Both the position numbers and the translations under genes were made by a program. The notes below the pieces were generated by a model, which saw only the letters and a list, made by a program, of their open reading frames with translations, was not told the DNA's origin and did not search any database. Below are positions 17,864 through 27,254 of a stretch of 64,000 nt of DNA, one piece after another. The stretch is from NCBI GenBank assembly GCA_964584335.1, contig CAZOZN010000002.1:66974-130973 (forward strand). The letters run 5' to 3'. Every line of letters starts with the position of its first letter. The first letter of the stretch is position 1. The DNA is from an uncultured archaeon. Its GTDB lineage: Archaea; Aenigmatarchaeota; Aenigmatarchaeia; PWEA01; JAGHBM01.

Positions 17864-19339
17864 TCAATGCCTAAAATATCTTTTATCAACATGAACTAAG
17901 GACACGTCTCTTTCGTTCGAAGCATCTATTACTTCTTCATCTCTTAAAGAGCCATAATAAGTAACCAATGTGGTGGCCCCTGCATCCACTGCCTCATCAA
18001 GGCCGTCTCTGAATGGTAAAAAAGAATCCGTAAACATTATACTATCTTTTAAGTCGTGGTTAAAGCTTTTTGCCTTTCTTGCCGCAAGCTCTATTACGTC
18101 AACTCTGCTTTGCTGGCCGCATCCAACTCCGAGAGTTTTTATTCCCAATAATTTTTCATCATAATAAGGCTTTACAAAAACTGCTGAATTTGATTTTGCC
18201 AGAAGAGTGGGTATTTGAGCAAAGTCAGCAGACAGCAAGTGGTCTTTTTGAGGTTTTCTTTTTGAAACAATATTAAATTTCTCGGCAAACCCTTTATTGT
18301 ACTCCTGAAACAAAGTACCGCCACCCAAAAGACCTTGAAGCCTGAAACCTTCATGAAGTTCATCGTACTTATCATAAATTGGAGAAATGTCCATCAGTCT
18401 TCTATTCTTTTTCTCCTTGAATCCTGATTTTGCTTTTTCTGTGAATCCCGGTGACATGAAAAGTTCAAGAAATATCTTGTTTTTATTAAAATAATCAGAA
18501 ATATCGCCCGTGGCCTTGAAAGTCGTCGAGCCTCCACCGCCAAAAGCGCTTTTACCATCAGTTTTAAAAGTATTATCAATACACCTGACGGGGCTTTTCT
18601 TATCGAAACACATTCCGGTGGGGCTTGTATGTTTAAACCATGCAGAACTGTAACCTTCCAAGCGGTTTCTGTCCATAAATCTCTGCAACTCCAGAGAGGC
18701 CTTCAGCATAGAATCCGCATCCAGGTCATTATTGTAAGAAATTTGTTTATTTTGTATTATTAAGTTAGAATCTGCTATGCTTACTTTTCCTCTCTCATTA
18801 TAAAGGGCTCCTACCTGATGAGGATTTTCAGCATATCTATGCTCTCTTACCTTGTCGTAAACCTTTATTATCGTATCCGGAAATCTTTCCTTTGAAAATT
18901 CTCTTAAGGATTTATCATAAAATGAAGTGTTATAAGATGCCGTTTTTCTGAAAGCCTCCGTCGCAAGTTTTTTTCTTGCATCCAAACTTGTACAACCGCT
19001 ATTTTTGCAGACCTCATTCATGAAATAGTCGTATTGTGAGGGGTCTGTCAGAACAGCCTCTTTTTTATAATTTTTTGCAGAAGAAGTTATAATGTCATGA
19101 CCAACCACATCAAAATTTTCTATTTTATCTTGGCTTGGACAAAGGTTACAAACAACCAAGTCAAAAGATTTTTCATCTGCTGAATTAAAATAAATTCCAT
19201 TACCTTTAAGAAATTCTTTTGTTTTGCCACTGGAAACTAAATTTACATCGTACTCTCTTAAGAATTCTCCCAGTTCGCTCAATTCGGTTTTGTCATAAAC
19301 ACTAATGAAAGCATTTTTTACCTGTATCAAATCTTCCAT
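17864..19339 (-). CDS. purH: PurH-like AICAR transformylase with degenerate IMP cyclohydrolase domain
   Basis: ISVYDKT, RYAENPHQ, SYNN, KHTSP, SAFGG, GCGQQSRVD and RYFRH motifs. Confidence 0.85.
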   Translation of the reverse strand: MEDLIQVKNAFISVYDKTELSELGEFLREYDVNLVSSGKTKEFLKGNGIYFNSADEKSFDLVVCNLCPSQDKIENFDVVGHDIITSSAKNYKKEAVLTDPSQYDYFMNEVCKNSGCTSLDARKKLATEAFRKTASYNTSFYDKSLREFSKERFPDTIIKVYDKVREHRYAENPHQVGALYNERGKVSIADSNLIIQNKQISYNNDLDADSMLKASLELQRFMDRNRLEGYSSAWFKHTSPTGMCFDKKSPVRCIDNTFKTDGKSAFGGGGSTTFKATGDISDYFNKNKIFLELFMSPGFTEKAKSGFKEKKNRRLMDISPIYDKYDELHEGFRLQGLLGGGTLFQEYNKGFAEKFNIVSKRKPQKDHLLSADFAQIPTLLAKSNSAVFVKPYYDEKLLGIKTLGVGCGQQSRVDVIELAARKAKSFNHDLKDSIMFTDSFLPFRDGLDEAVDAGATTLVTYYGSLRDEEVIDASNERDVSLVHVDKRYFRH

Positions 19340-19379
19340 AAAAAAGATATTAAATACAAAACTACTTATATTATAAAAT

Positions 19380-20858
19380 TTACATGACCACAGAGAACTC
19401 CAAATCCCCTTTCTTAAGCTCTTCTATTGTTTTTACATTGTAATGAACCCTCATCGAGTACTTTAGGTTCTTAAAAACTTCGTCTATAACCTTATTTAAG
19501 GAGCCCTTAAAAGGGACCTCGTCTTCCTTGCCTTGCACGACAGCGTTTTTTAATTTTTCGTAATAGCGAGTACCTCCTCCAGCCTTAAGACCTTCCATAG
19601 AAGACATTCCAACATACTCCTTCACCAATCTGCCGTTTTTCTCTTTTATCTCACCGGGAGATTCCAATGAGCCGGCTATAAGCCCGCCCACCATTACAGC
19701 ATCGGCACCCGCTGCAAGCGCTTTTATAATATTTCCAGAAGCAATACTTGGAGTCCTTCCTATTCCGCCATCTGCTATACATCTTATACCGTGATATTTT
19801 GCAACTTTAGAACATTCCCATACAGCAGTCAATTGAGGGTTTCCTGCCCCAGTGACAATTCTGGTGGTACAGATAGATCCAGGTCCTATACCCACCTTTA
19901 TTGCATCTCTTTTTTCACATACGGAAGCAAGGTTCTCCGCGGACTTGGAATTATCAGTGTTTCCCCAAACAATCGGAATGTTATAGCTTTCTGTTATGTC
20001 ATTAAGAATTTTCTTTGTTATCTTTAAAACGCCCATAGAGTCTGCTTGAGCAGTCTCTACAAACAAGACATCTGCCTCAGCCTCTTCTATAAGCCTTCTC
20101 GACCTTTCTCTTAAGTCATCAACATTTCCAGGCCCGCCAACCGCTGCACCATACATTATCCTGTCATTCTTGTCAAGCAAAGCATTTGGATAGTCCTCTC
20201 TCTTAGTAACATCATGCCACGTAGTTATAGAATGTAGATTTCCCTTATCATTAACTATTAACAGCTTTCCGAAATTGTTCTCCCTCATTATTTCTTCTGC
20301 GAGAGGCAAAGTAAGGTCCTCATTGTAAAGAAGGCCCTCCATTGACATCTCTTTCTTGTCCATCATAACATCTCTTATTTTTTTATCAGAATCCTTCGGA
20401 GAATACCTATATTTTACAAGAAGACCTACCAGTTTACCATGTGTGGAACCGTCCACTGTTATCGGAATGGTGCTAAAGCCCTTATCTTTCTTTATTTTCA
20501 AAGCGTCACTAACAAGATTATCCGGAGAAAGAGTAACTGGGTTGGTTATGAAACTGCTAGTATACCTTTTTATTTTCTTGCCCATCCTGACCTGCTCCCC
20601 GATTGACATGGTCTTGGGCAAAACTCCTATGTTTCCGGAAAGACCTAAGGATATGCATGTCTCGTGGTTAACTGCGGTATGCATCGGGGCACCTACTATG
20701 GGACCGTTCAATTTAAGAGAATTGGTCAGGTGTGTTTTCAAGCTTATTTCCGATTTAGGCGTAAGTTCAGAATAACGAGATATAAGTCTTATATTTTTAT
20801 ACTCAAGAGCAAAAGGTACTTTGCCCATATCAGAGAACTTGTATTTGTATTTACCCAT
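19380..20858 (-). CDS. guaB: IMP dehydrogenase (with CBS pair)
   Basis: KVGIGPGSICTTR catalytic loop, IADGGI, YVGMSS. Confidence 0.88.
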   Translation of the reverse strand: MGKYKYKFSDMGKVPFALEYKNIRLISRYSELTPKSEISLKTHLTNSLKLNGPIVGAPMHTAVNHETCISLGLSGNIGVLPKTMSIGEQVRMGKKIKRYTSSFITNPVTLSPDNLVSDALKIKKDKGFSTIPITVDGSTHGKLVGLLVKYRYSPKDSDKKIRDVMMDKKEMSMEGLLYNEDLTLPLAEEIMRENNFGKLLIVNDKGNLHSITTWHDVTKREDYPNALLDKNDRIMYGAAVGGPGNVDDLRERSRRLIEEAEADVLFVETAQADSMGVLKITKKILNDITESYNIPIVWGNTDNSKSAENLASVCEKRDAIKVGIGPGSICTTRIVTGAGNPQLTAVWECSKVAKYHGIRCIADGGIGRTPSIASGNIIKALAAGADAVMVGGLIAGSLESPGEIKEKNGRLVKEYVGMSSMEGLKAGGGTRYYEKLKNAVVQGKEDEVPFKGSLNKVIDEVFKNLKYSMRVHYNVKTIEELKKGDLEFSVVM

Positions 20859-20896
20859 AACATTATTTGGAAGAAAAAATACTTATATCTAAAATT

Positions 20897-21049
20897 TGGT
20901 GGGCCCGGCCGGATTCTCTACATTTTGAGATTTTAACAAAAGAGCTTATCGAACCGGCGGCCTCTGCGAATTTCAAACAAACATTTTAGTTAAAATCTTT
21001 CCTAAAGGGTTCTGTGAACGCAGCGTCATAACCGCTAGACTACGGGCCC
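20897..21049 (-). tRNA. tRNA-Val(CAC) with two introns (37/38 and ~59/60)
   Basis: GGGCCCG/CGGGCCC acceptor, CUGCG/CGCAG anticodon stem, CCA; introns 20970-21012 and about 20914-20947. Confidence 0.9.
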
Positions 21050-21107
21050 TAATCCAAAACCAAATTAATCTTTTTAAATTAATGTTATTAAGTTTATATT
21101 GATTATC

Positions 21108-21566
21108 ATGTGTTCAAGAGAAAAATACAAAGAAATGGCAAAGAAATTCAAACTGCCAAAGCTTGAAGACCTCGAAAAGGTTTTCGCATTCAAACTTAGC
21201 AAAGATTCCGAAAACATATTCTATGATATAATGAAAGGTATAGAGGAGACTCTGATATACTCAAGAAAACTTCTTGAATCTCTAATTTTTATTAACGAGG
21301 GATCAAGCCCGGGTCATATATATGAATCTAGGTTTATTAAAAAAGATATATTCAAATCATACAAAAAACTCATGGAAATAAGATGGAAATACATAAATCT
21401 GTACTTCCACACAACCGAAAAGAAATGCGCAGAATTTATAAAAACATCATACGATGATTGGAATGGAGAAATAAAAGAAAACATACTGGAACTTTCAAAG
21501 GACATGGAAAACGCATGGAAGAACTACAAAGGTAAAAAACAAGAAAATCAAAATTATTTTGGTTAA
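21108..21566 (+). CDS. Hypothetical helical protein
   Basis: ORF with host-like codon usage; ends in NYFG. Confidence 0.7.
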   Translation: MCSREKYKEMAKKFKLPKLEDLEKVFAFKLSKDSENIFYDIMKGIEETLIYSRKLLESLIFINEGSSPGHIYESRFIKKDIFKSYKKLMEIRWKYINLYFHTTEKKCAEFIKTSYDDWNGEIKENILELSKDMENAWKNYKGKKQENQNYFG

Positions 21567-21567
21567 G

Positions 21568-22056
21568 ATGAAAATTAAAGAAGCTTTAAAAAAAGTTAAG
21601 AAAAATGAGAAAATAAAAGAAATATTAGATATCGGCGGTTTCTTTTCTTCAGGGTTTACGACACTTGAACCTGAAGAAATGATAGATAACTGGAACCTTA
21701 GTTTTTACAACTGCAAGAATGATATGATAACTTCCATTTATGTTTCAGAAAAAGAGGTAAAATTAGGTATAACAGACAAACCCCTACATAAAAACGTACA
21801 CAGGCCTGAAATAGAAAATGTAAAAATTACAGGAAAAGATGCGTTAAAAAAAGCTAAAAAAGAATTTAAAAAATACAAGAAACCTCTGTCAAAAATACTT
21901 GTTTCTATGCAGAAAAAGGAAACCGAAATTTGGAACATATCATTCATAACAAAAGTGGGTTCAATAATAAATATTAAAATAGACTCTAAAACAGGCAAAA
22001 TAATAAAAAAAGAAGAAATAACGCTGTTTCAAAAATATAATAAAGCCGGAAAATAA
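21568..22056 (+). CDS. Hypothetical protein with PepSY-like C-terminus
   Basis: IWNISF...NIKIDSKTGKII pattern. Confidence 0.65.
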   Translation: MKIKEALKKVKKNEKIKEILDIGGFFSSGFTTLEPEEMIDNWNLSFYNCKNDMITSIYVSEKEVKLGITDKPLHKNVHRPEIENVKITGKDALKKAKKEFKKYKKPLSKILVSMQKKETEIWNISFITKVGSIINIKIDSKTGKIIKKEEITLFQKYNKAGK

Positions 22057-22058
22057 AA

Positions 22059-22193
22059 TGGTGGACCCGGCCGGATTTGAACCGGCGACCTCCGGCATTT
22101 ACGCCTATTTTGACTCAGTGGCCTTATAAGACCGGCGCTCTAATTACTCGCACCCTTCAATTAAGAAAGGACTCCAAGCTGAGCCACGAGTCC
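22059..22193 (-). tRNA. tRNA-Ile(UAU) with two introns (19/20 and 38/39)
   Basis: GGACUCG/CGGGUCC acceptor, spliced loop CU-UAU-AA, UUCAAAU T-loop, CCA; introns 22144-22173 and 22097-22123. Confidence 0.85.
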
Positions 22194-22349
22194 ACACTCA
22201 AGTATTTAATCTAAGAAGATTATATAAATATTTATTACTTTAATTTGTTTATAACGGCACAATAAAACTTAAATATATGCTTAAAATAGAATAATACTAC
22301 TAAAATAGCATATTTTGTGTTATAATTCAATTAGTGGAGGTGTTTGAAA

Positions 22350-23999
22350 ATGAACGGGGGTAATCAACCTATTTTTGTATTGCCAGAAGGTACATTTAGG
22401 AATACAGGCAAAGATGCCCAAAAAAACAATATATCCGCCGCAAAAGCGGTTGGAGATACAGTAAGAACAACATTAGGTCCGAAAGGAATGGACAAGATGC
22501 TCGTTGATTCTATAGGAGATATTGTAATAACAAACGACGGTGTTACAATATTAGATGAGATGGAAATAGAGCATCCCGCAGCTAAAATGATGGTGGAAGT
22601 TGCGAAAACTCAGGAAGAATCTGTAGGTGACGGGACAACCACTGCCGTAATATTTGCTTCAGAACTTCTAAAAAAAGCGGAAGAACTGTTAGACCAGAAT
22701 ATTCACCCGACTATAATAACTAAGGGATTTAGAATAGCAAGAAAAGAAGTTCTGGATATATTAAACAAAATAGCTGTGGAAATTCATCCAGAAAAAGACA
22801 AGGATGTTCTTAAAAACATAGCAATGACTGCTATGACAGGAAAAAGTGCTGAAAAAGCTTCTGAACATCTTGCTGACTTGGCAGTAGAGGCAGTTAGACT
22901 GGTAGAAGAAGATGGAGAAATAAATTCAGATGACATAAAACTTGAGAAAAAACAAGGAGGAGGAATTGAAGACACGGAATTAATAAGGGGTCTTGTAATA
23001 GACAAAGAGATTGTGCATGGCGCAATGGCAAAAAAGATACAGGAAGCAAATATAGCCCTTGTGGATTCAGCCTTGGAAGTAAAAGAAATGGAAGCAGACG
23101 CCAAGATAAACATAACTTCTCCGGAACAGCTTGAATCATTTTTGGAAAAGGAAGAGAACATGATAAAAGAAATGGTTAATAACGTTGAAAAAAGTGATGC
23201 AAATATACTGTTCTGCCAGAAGGGAATAGACGACTCTGCCCAACATCTTCTAGCAAAAAAAGGAATAACTGCAATAAGAAGAGTTAAAAAGTCTGATATG
23301 GAGGCTTTGGCAAGAGCAACAGGAGCAAAAATAATATCTAACCTAGAAGACCTGGAAAAAAACTCTCTAGGCTACGCAAAACTTGTTGAAGAAAAAAGAA
23401 TAGGCGGAGAAAAAATGGTATTTGTAAGAGATTGTAAAACTCCAAAAGCTGTCTCTATATTAATAAGAGGTGGTACAGAACATGTCGTCGACGAAACAGA
23501 AAGAGCAATGAAAGACTGCATTGGTGGAGTAATAGCAACTCTTGAAAACAAAAGAGCAGTAGCCGGCGGGGGAGCAATTGAAGAAGAAGTCTGCAGGAAG
23601 CTTAAAAAAATATCACAGAGTTACTCTGGTAGAGAACAGCTTGCTATAATAGCATTCGCAGAAGCACTCGAAGCGATACCAAGGACGCTGGCAGAGAACG
23701 CCGGTTTGGACCCAATAGATATGCTCGTAAATATAAGAGCTGCGCATGACGAAGGGAAAGAACTTTTTGGCCTTGACGTAATAAATGGAAAAGTGGTTGA
23801 TATGTGGAAAAAAGGAGTAATAGAACCACTCAAAATAAAAACACAGGCAATAAACAGCGGAAGCGAAGCAGCTGAAATGATACTAAGAATTGACGATGTA
23901 GTGAACGCAGGAAAACTAGACAAAGGAATGGGTGGAGGATCAGGAGGTCCTCCAATGCCTCCGGGAGGAGGAATGGGTGGAATGCCACCTATGATGTAA
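22350..23999 (+). CDS. ths: Thermosome (group II chaperonin) subunit
   Basis: [20 protein letters not shown] motifs and GGM tail. Confidence 0.97.
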   Translation: MNGGNQPIFVLPEGTFRNTGKDAQKNNISAAKAVGDTVRTTLGPKGMDKMLVDSIGDIVITNDGVTILDEMEIEHPAAKMMVEVAKTQEESVGDGTTTAVIFASELLKKAEELLDQNIHPTIITKGFRIARKEVLDILNKIAVEIHPEKDKDVLKNIAMTAMTGKSAEKASEHLADLAVEAVRLVEEDGEINSDDIKLEKKQGGGIEDTELIRGLVIDKEIVHGAMAKKIQEANIALVDSALEVKEMEADAKINITSPEQLESFLEKEENMIKEMVNNVEKSDANILFCQKGIDDSAQHLLAKKGITAIRRVKKSDMEALARATGAKIISNLEDLEKNSLGYAKLVEEKRIGGEKMVFVRDCKTPKAVSILIRGGTEHVVDETERAMKDCIGGVIATLENKRAVAGGGAIEEEVCRKLKKISQSYSGREQLAIIAFAEALEAIPRTLAENAGLDPIDMLVNIRAAHDEGKELFGLDVINGKVVDMWKKGVIEPLKIKTQAINSGSEAAEMILRIDDVVNAGKLDKGMGGGSGGPPMPPGGGMGGMPPMM

Positions 24000-24003
24000 C
24001 CCA

Positions 24004-24025
24004 CATCTTTTTCTTTTTTATTTTT
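24004..24025 (+). terminator. U-rich archaeal terminator
   Basis: CATCTTTTCTTTTTTATTTTT right after the ths stop; a similar tract follows pilin 1 (about 25207-25225). Confidence 0.5.
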
Positions 24026-24073
24026 GGCTTAAAACCAAGTAAACTTTATAAATAATATATATCAATTTATATT

Positions 24074-24520
24074 ATGCCTAAAGATGTTGAACTTCATTCT
24101 GACGACTACGAAGTAATTCCGGTGGGTCCGATAAGAAGACTCGAAGAAAGATTAAAGAAACTGGAAAATGACAGAGAAGGTTTCGCCTACGAAAGCTTTA
24201 TGAGAGAAATACTTGAATTGATACAAAGCAATCAGAAGCTTGTCGACGAAATAGTAAAAGCAAACGACCAGCTAAGAGACGAGCTTTCAAAAATACCCGG
24301 TAAGATAGACGAACTTCTAGAAACCTGGAAAGAATTTATAAACATACTCAAAGAAGTCGGGGGGGCAGAGACAACAACATCTACGATGAAAAAACAATTC
24401 AGCACAATCGTGGAGCAAAACAAAGAAATGATGGACACGATAAAATCTTTGAAATCGAAGAAAATGTCTGGGGGTATAGAGAGGGCTAGAAAATATCCAA
24501 AGATAAAAATAAAAAGATGA
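24074..24520 (+). CDS. Coiled-coil hypothetical protein
   Basis: 148-aa heptad-rich ORF. Confidence 0.7.
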   Translation: MPKDVELHSDDYEVIPVGPIRRLEERLKKLENDREGFAYESFMREILELIQSNQKLVDEIVKANDQLRDELSKIPGKIDELLETWKEFINILKEVGGAETTTSTMKKQFSTIVEQNKEMMDTIKSLKSKKMSGGIERARKYPKIKIKR

Positions 24521-24732
24521 ATAAGATGAAAAACGACGACATAATAGAAAAATCTATCTACGTTCTAATAATAATAATACTGCTTATAGTAATACTAAAT
24601 GTTTTGTTTACTATAGGAACCGTTGTCAGCCTAATAGACGGATTCCAATTGATAATAAACATGCTTACAATAATAGTACTTTTGATGATATACATCAAAT
24701 TATTCGAATTTAGTGGCAAAAAAAAGAGATAA
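24517..24732 (+). CDS. Small two-TM membrane protein
   Basis: Two hydrophobic helices; ATGA overlap with the upstream gene. Confidence 0.65.
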   Translation: MNKMKNDDIIEKSIYVLIIIILLIVILNVLFTIGTVVSLIDGFQLIINMLTIIVLLMIYIKLFEFSGKKKR

Positions 24733-24801
24733 AAGCATTTATTTGGCAATGCAAAAGTATTTGAATAGGTTATTATAAAAAATTAAAAAGGAGGTTTTAA
24801 A

Positions 24802-25197
24802 ATGAGAAAAGGAATAACACCCGTAATAGCAATGATATTGCTGATATTGATAGTAGTGGCTTTAGGAGGAGTATTTGCAGCATGGACAACAAGAACATGG
24901 GAAAGCCTGGGTGAATCAGGAGAACAACAAGTAGATGCGGTAACAGGTACTTTGTCTAAATCAATAACGATAGATAATGTTGATTGTGCTACTGGTACAA
25001 TTTATGTAAGAAACGTAGGTTCAACCAACATTACAGCAGACGAAGTAAGCACATATGTTGATAATTCACTAATCCCACACGGTGAAACAGGACTTATACT
25101 AACAGGAGCTATAGAAGATCTAGTTGTTGGTGGTGTGAGCTCTGGTTCACAGGTAAAAGTAACAGTATCAGGAAACTCAGCAACATACAGGTGCTAA
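24802..25197 (+). CDS. Archaeal type IV major pilin 1
   Basis: Class III signal peptide MRKG/ITPVIAMILLILI; internal and C-terminal Cys. Confidence 0.9.
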   Translation: MRKGITPVIAMILLILIVVALGGVFAAWTTRTWESLGESGEQQVDAVTGTLSKSITIDNVDCATGTIYVRNVGSTNITADEVSTYVDNSLIPHGETGLILTGAIEDLVVGGVSSGSQVKVTVSGNSATYRC

Positions 25198-25281
25198 AGC
25201 GCCACTCATCTTTTTCTTTTATTTTAAATATAGTTATTTCTATTCTTTAATCGTATTTATATATTTACAAAAGGCAATCAG

Positions 25282-25686
25282 ATGAGAAAAGGAATAACAC
25301 CCTTAATAGCAATGATATTGCTGATATTGATAGTAATTGTATTGGCTGGTGCCTTTTTGGCATGGACAACAAGAACTTTTGAAACTGTTAGTGAAGCCGG
25401 TTCAGAATCGATAGAAAAAACAGGAGAATCGTTTTCAAAGACCATGAGAATAGATAATATTGACTGCAACGGTGGTAGTATTTATGTTAGAAACACTGGT
25501 GCAGGTGAATTAAGATGCAACGATTTGAGTGTCTATGTTGATGATTCAAGCGCAACATACTCTTGTGCCTTTTCAACAATAAACCCAGGAAGTGTTGGTG
25601 AAATAACAATAACAACACCAGCATCAATTTCAGGAAGCCGGGTTAAGGTTACATTATCGGGAAATTCAGATAGGTATAATTGTTAA
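25282..25686 (+). CDS. Archaeal type IV major pilin 2
   Basis: MRKG/ITPLIA class III signal; paralogue of pilin 1. Confidence 0.9.
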   Translation: MRKGITPLIAMILLILIVIVLAGAFLAWTTRTFETVSEAGSESIEKTGESFSKTMRIDNIDCNGGSIYVRNTGAGELRCNDLSVYVDDSSATYSCAFSTINPGSVGEITITTPASISGSRVKVTLSGNSDRYNC

Positions 25687-25738
25687 GTATATTTTTTGTT
25701 TTTAAATAAAAAAGACGATATTATATTGAGGTTTTAAA

Positions 25739-26152
25739 ATGAGAAAAGGAATAACACCCGTAATAGCAATGATATTGCTGATATTGATAGTAGTGGCTTT
25801 AGGAGGAGTATTTGCAGCATGGACAACAAGAACATGGGAAAGCCTGGGTGAATCAGGAGAGGCGCAAGTGGGTGCGGTAACGGAAACTTTGTCCAATTCA
25901 ATAACGATAGATAATGTTGATTGTAACGGTCAGATAGTCTATGTCAGGAATACTGGAACAGGTTACTTGAATTGTACAGAAATTGGATTGTATGTTGATA
26001 GTGCAGTTGGAGTTTATTCATGTTCTCCTTTTACAGTTGGTCCGGGAAATATAACAACTATAACTGTAGGTCCTTTACCTGCTTCAGGCTGGACAAACAA
26101 TGAAAGAATAAGGGTAACAACATCAGGAAATTCTGCATCATACAGATGCTAA
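25739..26152 (+). CDS. Archaeal type IV major pilin 3
   Basis: First 41 aa identical to pilin 1. Confidence 0.9.
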   Translation: MRKGITPVIAMILLILIVVALGGVFAAWTTRTWESLGESGEAQVGAVTETLSNSITIDNVDCNGQIVYVRNTGTGYLNCTEIGLYVDSAVGVYSCSPFTVGPGNITTITVGPLPASGWTNNERIRVTTSGNSASYRC

Positions 26153-26217
26153 ATGAGAAACATTTTTTTCTATTTTAATTTTAAATATAGTTCTCTCTAT
26201 TTTTATAATGAGCTGTT

Positions 26218-26829
26218 ATGTTCTATAATTCAAAATTACGGTGTTCTGGGCAGTCGCAAATAATAGGTGTGGTTCTTTTAACTTTGGTAATGATAACCAT
26301 GGTGGCGGTCACGTATATGTGGGGAATGCCACTAATAGAGAAACAAAAAGATAATGTAAAGATTTCAAACTCAGAGGTATTAATGAGAGAAATCGACAAA
26401 AAAATAAAAAACGTTCTTAAAAATGGAGGAACACAGGTTATAGAAAACCCCAACATACCCGGTGAACTAATATTAAAAGACAACGGAAACAACGACACCA
26501 TCGAAATAAAATTTGATACAACTGGAACGACTATAGCCTCTGGAAAAGACATATACCTTATTGGAGACAGCAGAAACAACGTAAATATTGGTTCGGAATC
26601 GACCGTATTGAAGGTATTTTCAGAAAAATTTGGCGATAATGTTTACGAAGTAAGACTGTCTTTGTATTACAGAAACGTCAGCGGTAGCGAGAATACTTAT
26701 ATTGTAGACCTTGTTGGGTTAGGAAGAGAAAGTGTTCAAGGCAAAGGACATACTTTATCGTTCAGCGAAGGTGGTGTTATACAACAAGGAAATATGTACA
26801 TAACAAAAATAAATGCAAGGTTTGAATAG
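26218..26829 (+). CDS. Minor pilin-like protein
   Basis: SG/QSQIIGVVLL class III-like signal within the pilus operon. Confidence 0.7.
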   Translation: MFYNSKLRCSGQSQIIGVVLLTLVMITMVAVTYMWGMPLIEKQKDNVKISNSEVLMREIDKKIKNVLKNGGTQVIENPNIPGELILKDNGNNDTIEIKFDTTGTTIASGKDIYLIGDSRNNVNIGSESTVLKVFSEKFGDNVYEVRLSLYYRNVSGSENTYIVDLVGLGRESVQGKGHTLSFSEGGVIQQGNMYITKINARFE

Positions 26830-26837
26830 GTGTATTT

Positions 26838-27254
26838 ATGAACAGGAAAGGTCAGTATTTTAGCGTAGAGCAAATGCTCTTATTCAGTATAGGACTTATA
26901 ATAACAATATCTATATACTTTGCTCTTGTTAGTGTAAATGAAAACGTAAAAGAGATGGTAATTGAAGACCAAATGGGAGAAATAGCCACACTAATAAATT
27001 CTGAAATTAACAGAATGTATGTATCATCCGAAAACAGTGAACTGAAGATTCAGATACCAAAAAAAATATCAGAAAGTGGATACAGGATATACGTAGAAGG
27101 CTCACCATTAAACAAATTGGTATTGAAACTTGAAGAAGAAATAGTCAAGATACCGATAAACGAGGAACTCAACGCATCAGGAATGTTGTTCAGCTCCTCG
27201 GGTCAGATTAATATAAAAAAATCACAAGGAAGAATAACTATAGGTAGATTTTAG
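26838..27254 (+). CDS. Minor pilin-like protein
   Basis: RKG/QYFSVE class III signal. Confidence 0.75.
   Translation: MNRKGQYFSVEQMLLFSIGLIITISIYFALVSVNENVKEMVIEDQMGEIATLINSEINRMYVSSENSELKIQIPKKISESGYRIYVEGSPLNKLVLKLEEEIVKIPINEELNASGMLFSSSGQINIKKSQGRITIGRF

Larger units (their letters stand above)
24791..25860 (+). repeat. 133-bp exact direct repeat (24791-24923 = 25728-25860) covering the RBS and 5' ends of pilins 1 and 3
   Basis: Identical base by base, including synonymous sites; a second identical 27-bp block at 24961-24987 = 25898-25924. Confidence 0.9.

Noticed and set aside
14904-20858. tRNA-flanked metabolic block as an integrated island
   Set aside because: No integrase, no duplicated tRNA 3' end (att site), no mobile genes.
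24802-26152. Diversity-generating retroelement behind pilin variation
   Set aside because: No reverse transcriptase in the window, and the differences are not adenine-specific.
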